From the NCBI GenBank assembly GCA_964016885.1, contig OZ024742.1:373488001-373552000 (forward strand): 64,000 bases of DNA. Direction: 5' to 3'. Below, piece by piece: positions 59,301 to 64,000 of this stretch (position 1 is the first letter of the stretch; the number at the start of each line of letters is the position of its first letter). A program made the translations under genes and the position numbers. Source of the DNA: Eledone cirrhosa. Its lineage: Eukaryota. The notes beneath the pieces are model-generated. The model was not told the DNA's origin, did not search any database, and saw only the letters and a program-made list of their open reading frames with translations.

Positions 59301-62300
59301 ACTTCTGATAGTCCCACAAGCCACATACCTCTGATAGTCCCACAAGCCACATATTAGTCTGATAGTCCCACAAGCCACATACCTCTGATAGTCCCACAAG
59401 CCACATACCTCTGATAGTCCCACAAGCCACATATTAGTCTGATAGTCCCACAAGTCACATACCTCTGATAGTCCCACAAACCACATATTAGTCTGATAGT
59501 TCCACAAGCCACATACCTCTGATAGTCCCACAAGCCACATATTAGTCTGATAGTCCCACAGGTCACATATCTCTGATAGTCCCACAAGCGACATACCTCT
59601 GATAGTCCCACAAGCCACATACCTCTGATAGTCCCACAAGCCACATACCTCTGATAGTCTCACAAGCCACATACCTCTGATAGTCCCACTAGCCACATAC
59701 CTCTGATAGTCCCACAAGCTACATACCTCTCATAGTCCAACACGCCACATATTAGTTTGATAGTCCCACAAGCCACATACCTCTGATAGTCCCACAAACC
59801 ACATACCTCTGATAGTCTCACAAGCCGCATATTAGTCTGATAGTCCCACAGGTCACATACCTCTGATAGTCCCACAAACCACATACCTCTGATAGTCCCA
59901 CAAGCCACATATTAGTCTGATAGTCCCACAAGTCACATACCTCTGATAGTCCCATAAGCCACATATTAATCTGATAGTCCCACAAGCCACATACATCTGA
60001 TAGTCCCACAAGCCACATACCTCTGATAGTCCCACAAACCACATATTAGTCTGATAGTTCCACAAGCCACATACCTCTGATAGTCCCACAAGCCACATAC
60101 CTCTGATAGTCTCACAAGCCACATACCTCTGATAGTCCCACTAGCCACATACCTCTGACAGTCCCACAAGCTACATACCCCTCATAGTCCCACAAGCCAC
60201 ATACCTCTCATAGTCCAACACGCCACATATTAGTTTGATAGTCCCACAAGCCACATACCTCTGATAGTCCCACAAACCACATACCTCTGATAGTCCCACA
60301 AGCCACATATTAGTCTGATAGTCCCACAGGTCACATACTTCTGATAGTCCCACAAACCACATATCTCTGATAGTCCCACAAGCCACATATTAATCTGATA
60401 GTCCATCAAGCCACATACCTCTGATAGTCCCACAAGCCACATACCTCTGATAGTCCCACAAGTCACATACCTCTGATAGTCCCACAAGTCACATACCTCT
60501 GATAGTCCCACAAGCCACATACCTCTGATAGTACCACAAGCCACATACCTCTGATTGTCCCACAAGCCACATACCTCTGATAGTCCCACAAGGCACATAC
60601 CTCTGATAGTCCCACAAGCCACATATTAGTCTGATAGTCCCACAAGCCACATACCTCTGATAGTCCCACAAGCCACATATTAGTCTGATAGTCCCACAAG
60701 TCACATACCTCTGATTGTCCCACAAGCCACATATTAGTCTGATAGTCCCACAAGTCACATACCTCTGATAGTCTTACAAGCCACATATTAGTATGATAGT
60801 CCCACAAGCCACATGCCTCTGATAGTCCCACAAGCCACATATTAGTCTGATAGTCCCACAAGTCACATACCTCTGATAGTCCCACAAGCCACATATTAGT
60901 CTGATAGTCCCACAAATCACATACCTTTGATAGTCCCACAAGCCACATATTAATCTGATAGTCCCACAAGCCACATACCTCTGATAGTCCCACAAGCCAC
61001 ATATTAGTCTGATAGTCCCACAAGCCACATACCTCTGATAGTCCCACAAGCCACATACCTCTGATAGTCCCACAAGCCACATACCTCTGATAGTCCCACA
61101 AGCCACATACCTCTGATAGTCCCACAAGTCACATATCTTTGGTAGTCCTACAAGCAACATATTAATCTGATAGTCCCACAAACCACATACCTCTGATAGT
61201 CCCACACGCAACATATTAGTCTGATAGTCCCACAAGCCACATACTTCTGATAGTCCCACAAGCCACATATTAGTCTGATAGTCCCACAAGCCACATACCT
61301 CTGATAGTCTCACAAGCCACATATTAGTCTGATAGTCCCACAAGTCACATACCTCTTATAGTCCCACAAACCACATACTTCTGATAGTCCCACAAGCCAC
61401 ATACCTCTGATAGTCCCACAAGCCACATATTAGTCTGATAGTCCCACAAGCGACATACCTCTGATAGTCCCACAAGCCACATACCTCTGATAGTCCCACA
61501 AGCCACATACCTCTGATAGTCTCACAAGCCACATACCTCTGATAGTCCCACTAGCCACATACCTCTGATAGTCGCACAAGCTACATACCTCTCATAGTCC
61601 AACACGCCACATATAATTTTGATAGTCCCACAAGCCACATACCTCTGATAGTCCCACAAACCACATACCTCTGATAGTCCCACAAGCCGCATATTAGTCT
61701 GATAGTCCCACAGGTCACATACCTCTGATAGTCCCACAAACCACATACCTCTGATAGTCCCACAAGCCACATATTAGTCTGATAGTCCCACAAGTCACAT
61801 ACCTCTGATAGTCCCATAAGCCACATATTAATCTGATAGTCCCACAAGCCACATACATCTGATAGCCCCACAAGCCACATACCTCTGATAGTCCCACAAA
61901 CCACATATTAGTCTGATAGTTCCACAAGCCACATCCCTCTGATAGTCCCACAAGCCAGATAATTGTCTGATAGTCCCACAGGTCACATATCTCTGATAGT
62001 CCCACAAGCCACATAACTCTGATAGTCCCACAAGCCACATACTTCTGATAGTCCCACAAGCCACATACCTCTGATAGTCTCACAAGCCACATACCTCTGA
62101 TAGTCCCACTAGCCACATACCTCTGACAGTCCCACAAGCTACATACCTCTCATAGTCCCACAAGCCACATACCTCACATAGTCCAACACGCCACATATTA
62201 GTTTGATAGTCCCACAAGCCACATACCTCTGATAGTCCCACAAACCTCATACCTCTGATAGTCCCACAAGCCACATATTAGTCTGATAGTCCCACAGGTC

Positions 62301-62590
62301 ACATACTTCTGATAGTCCCACAAACCACATATCTCTGATAGTCCCACAACCCACATATTAGTCTGATAGTCCATCAAGCCAGATACCTCTGATAGTCCCA
62401 CAAGCCACATACCTCTGATAGTCCCACAAGTCACATACCTCTGATAGTCCCACAAGTCACATACCTCTGATAGTCCCACAAGCCACATACCTCTGATAGT
62501 ACCACAAGCCACATACCTCTGATTGTCCCACAAGCCACATACCTCTGATAGTCCCACAAGGCACATACCTCTGATAGTCCCACAAGCCAC
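53375..62590 (+). repeat. Second large segmental duplication, right copy, with a net 236-bp gain near 56.2-56.46 kb
   Basis: The offset changes from 10726 to 10962 across ~56200-56460, where an extra ctcac/ctag/gctac/ccaacacg monomer series is present. Boundaries are approximate. Confidence 0.85.
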
Positions 62591-64000
62591 ATATTAGTCT
62601 GATAGTCCCACAAGCCACATACCTCTGATAGTCCCACAAGCCACATATTAGTCTGATAGTCCCACAAGTCACATACCTCTGATTGTCCCACAAGTCACAT
62701 ACCTCTGATAGTCTTACAAGCCACATATTAGTATGATAGTCCCACAAGCCACATGCCTCTGATAGTCCCACAAGCCACATATTAGTCTGATAGTCCCACA
62801 AGTCACATACCTCTGATAGTCCCACAAGCCACATATTAGTCTGATAGTCCCACAAATCACATACCTTTGATAGTCCCACAAGCCACATATTAATCTGATA
62901 GTCCCACAAGCCACATACCTCTGATAGTCCCACAAGCCACATATTAGTCTGATAGTCCCACAAGCCACATACCTCTGATAGTCCCACAAGCCACATACCT
63001 CTGATAGTCCCACAAGCCACATACCTCTGATAGTCCCACAAGCCACATACCTCTGATAGTCCCACAAGTCACATACCTTTGGTAGTCCTACAAGCAACAT
63101 ATTAATCTGATAGTCCCACAAACCACATATCTCTGATAGTCCCACACGCAACATATTAGTCTGATAGTCCCACAAGCCACATACTTCTGATAGTCCCACA
63201 AGCCACATATTAGTCTGATAGTCCCACAAGCCACATACCTCTGATAGTCTCACAAGCCACATATTAGTCTGATAGTCCCACAAGTCACATACCTCTGATA
63301 GTCCCACAAGTCACATACCTCTTATAGTCCCACAAACCACATACTTCTGATAGTCCCACAAGCCACATATTAGTCTGATAGTCCCACAAGCCACATACCT
63401 CTGATAGTCCCACAAGCCACATACCTCTGATAGTCCCACAAGCCACATATTAGTCTGATAGTCCCACAAGTCACATACCTCTGATAGTCCCACAAACCAC
63501 ATATTAGTCTGATAGTTCCACAAGCGACATACCTCTGATAGTCCCACAAGCCACATATTAGTCTGATAGTCCCACAGGTCACATATCTCTGATAGTCCCA
63601 CAAGCGACATACCTCTGATAGTCCCACAAGCCACATACCTCTGATAGTCCCACAAGCCACATACCTCTGATAGTCTCACAAGCCACATACCTCTGATAGT
63701 CCCACTAGCCACATACCTCTGATAGTCCCACAAGCTACATACCTCTCATAGTCCCACAAGCCACATACCTCTCATAGTCCAACACGCCACATATTAGTTT
63801 GATAGTCCCACAAGCCACATACCTCTGATAGTCCCACAAACCACATACCTCTGATAGGCCCACAAGCCGCATATTAGTCTGATAGTCCCACAGGTCACAT
63901 ACCTCTGATAGTCCCACAAGCCACATACCTCTGATAGTCCCACAAGCCACATATTAGTCTGATAGTCCCAGAAATCACATACCTCTGATAGTCCCACAAG

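Larger units (their letters stand above)
1..64000 (+). repeat. Tandem satellite array of interspersed 26-bp (A: GATAGTCCCACAAGCCACATACCTCT) and 28-bp (B: GATAGTCCCACAAGCCACATATTAGTCT) monomers, head-to-tail, running off both ends of the window
   Basis: Every stretch read parses into A or B monomers with occasional substitutions. The first full monomer starts at 27 and a monomer still starts at 63961. No inversion or non-repeat insert was seen. About 2,400 monomers, estimated from a mean length of ~26.6 bp. Confidence 0.99.
671..64000 (+). repeat. Higher-order repeat (HOR) array, basic unit ~2.18-2.21 kb (~82 monomers) with length variants
   Basis: The diagnostic variant monomer GGTAGTCCTACAAGCAACATATTAATCT starts at 1999, 4179, 6387, 8911, 11093, 11917, 14441, 15823, 17415, 19939, 22121, 22945, 25469, 26851, 29375, 32353, 35331, 37725, 40119, 41315, 43497, 45203, 47729, 47995, 50179, 52093, 54223, 55929, 58691, 58957, 61141 and 63081 (32 copies). 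Other variant monomers keep the same order between these markers. Confidence 0.95.

Noticed and set aside
149-63997. Hundreds of overlapping minus-strand ORFs (60-292 aa) rich in C/W/G, repeating RGMWLVGLSEVCGLWDYQRYVACGTI
   Set aside because: The reverse complement of monomer A has no stop codon in any frame, so three monomers give this 26-aa cycle automatically, and 54-bp dimers give an 18-aa cycle. ORFs overlap in all three frames, end wherever a B monomer or variant supplies a stop, and show no unique domain or frame preference.
1-64000. CRISPR array (repeat length in the 26-28 bp range)
   Set aside because: There are no unique spacers. The variable part is only a 6- or 8-bp tail of two fixed types. 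The repeat is not palindromic, and there is no leader or cas gene.
1-64000. A/B order as an information-bearing code or a recombination-cassette system (shufflon, antigenic variation, diversity-generating retroelement)
   Set aside because: No recombinase, reverse transcriptase, inverted sites or expression locus is present. The order is explained by nested duplication and deletion.
1-64000. G-quadruplex or i-motif array
   Set aside because: Each monomer has only one GGG and two GG runs on the minus strand. GGG tracts are 23-25 nt apart, well beyond canonical loop lengths.
1-64000. CSL/RBPJ sites (GTGGGAA) or CENP-B boxes
   Set aside because: The minus strand reads GTGGGAC, not GTGGGAA. The consensus has no CpG, so the CENP-B box core (TTCG....A..CGGG) is absent.
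1-64000. Embedded transposon, rRNA, tRNA or plasmid iteron origin
   Set aside because: No non-monomer sequence, terminal inverted repeats, target-site duplications, structured RNA or rep gene was found anywhere in the window.

Overview
The whole 64 kb window is one uninterrupted, single-orientation satellite (tandem-repeat) array, with no credible genes, RNAs, transposons or unique sequence. It is built from two interspersed monomers that share a 20-bp core GATAGTCCCACAAGCCACAT: type A (26 bp, tail ACCTCT) and type B (28 bp, tail ATTAGTCT). There are about 2,400 monomers, roughly 30% of them type B. Recurrent point variants reveal nested levels of order: AB dimers (54 bp), ~558-bp submodules, a ~2.2-kb higher-order repeat (one hand-counted copy is an 82-mer, 57 A + 25 B = 2182 bp) with length variants, and near-identical ~11-kb segmental duplications. 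All ORFs in the track are artefacts: the minus strand of monomer A has no stop codon in any frame. The first ~670 bp are more degenerate and may lie near an array edge. The pattern fits a eukaryotic (peri)centromeric, subtelomeric or heterochromatic satellite, but neither the organism nor the function can be determined from this sequence. I see no evidence of a novel protein-coding system.
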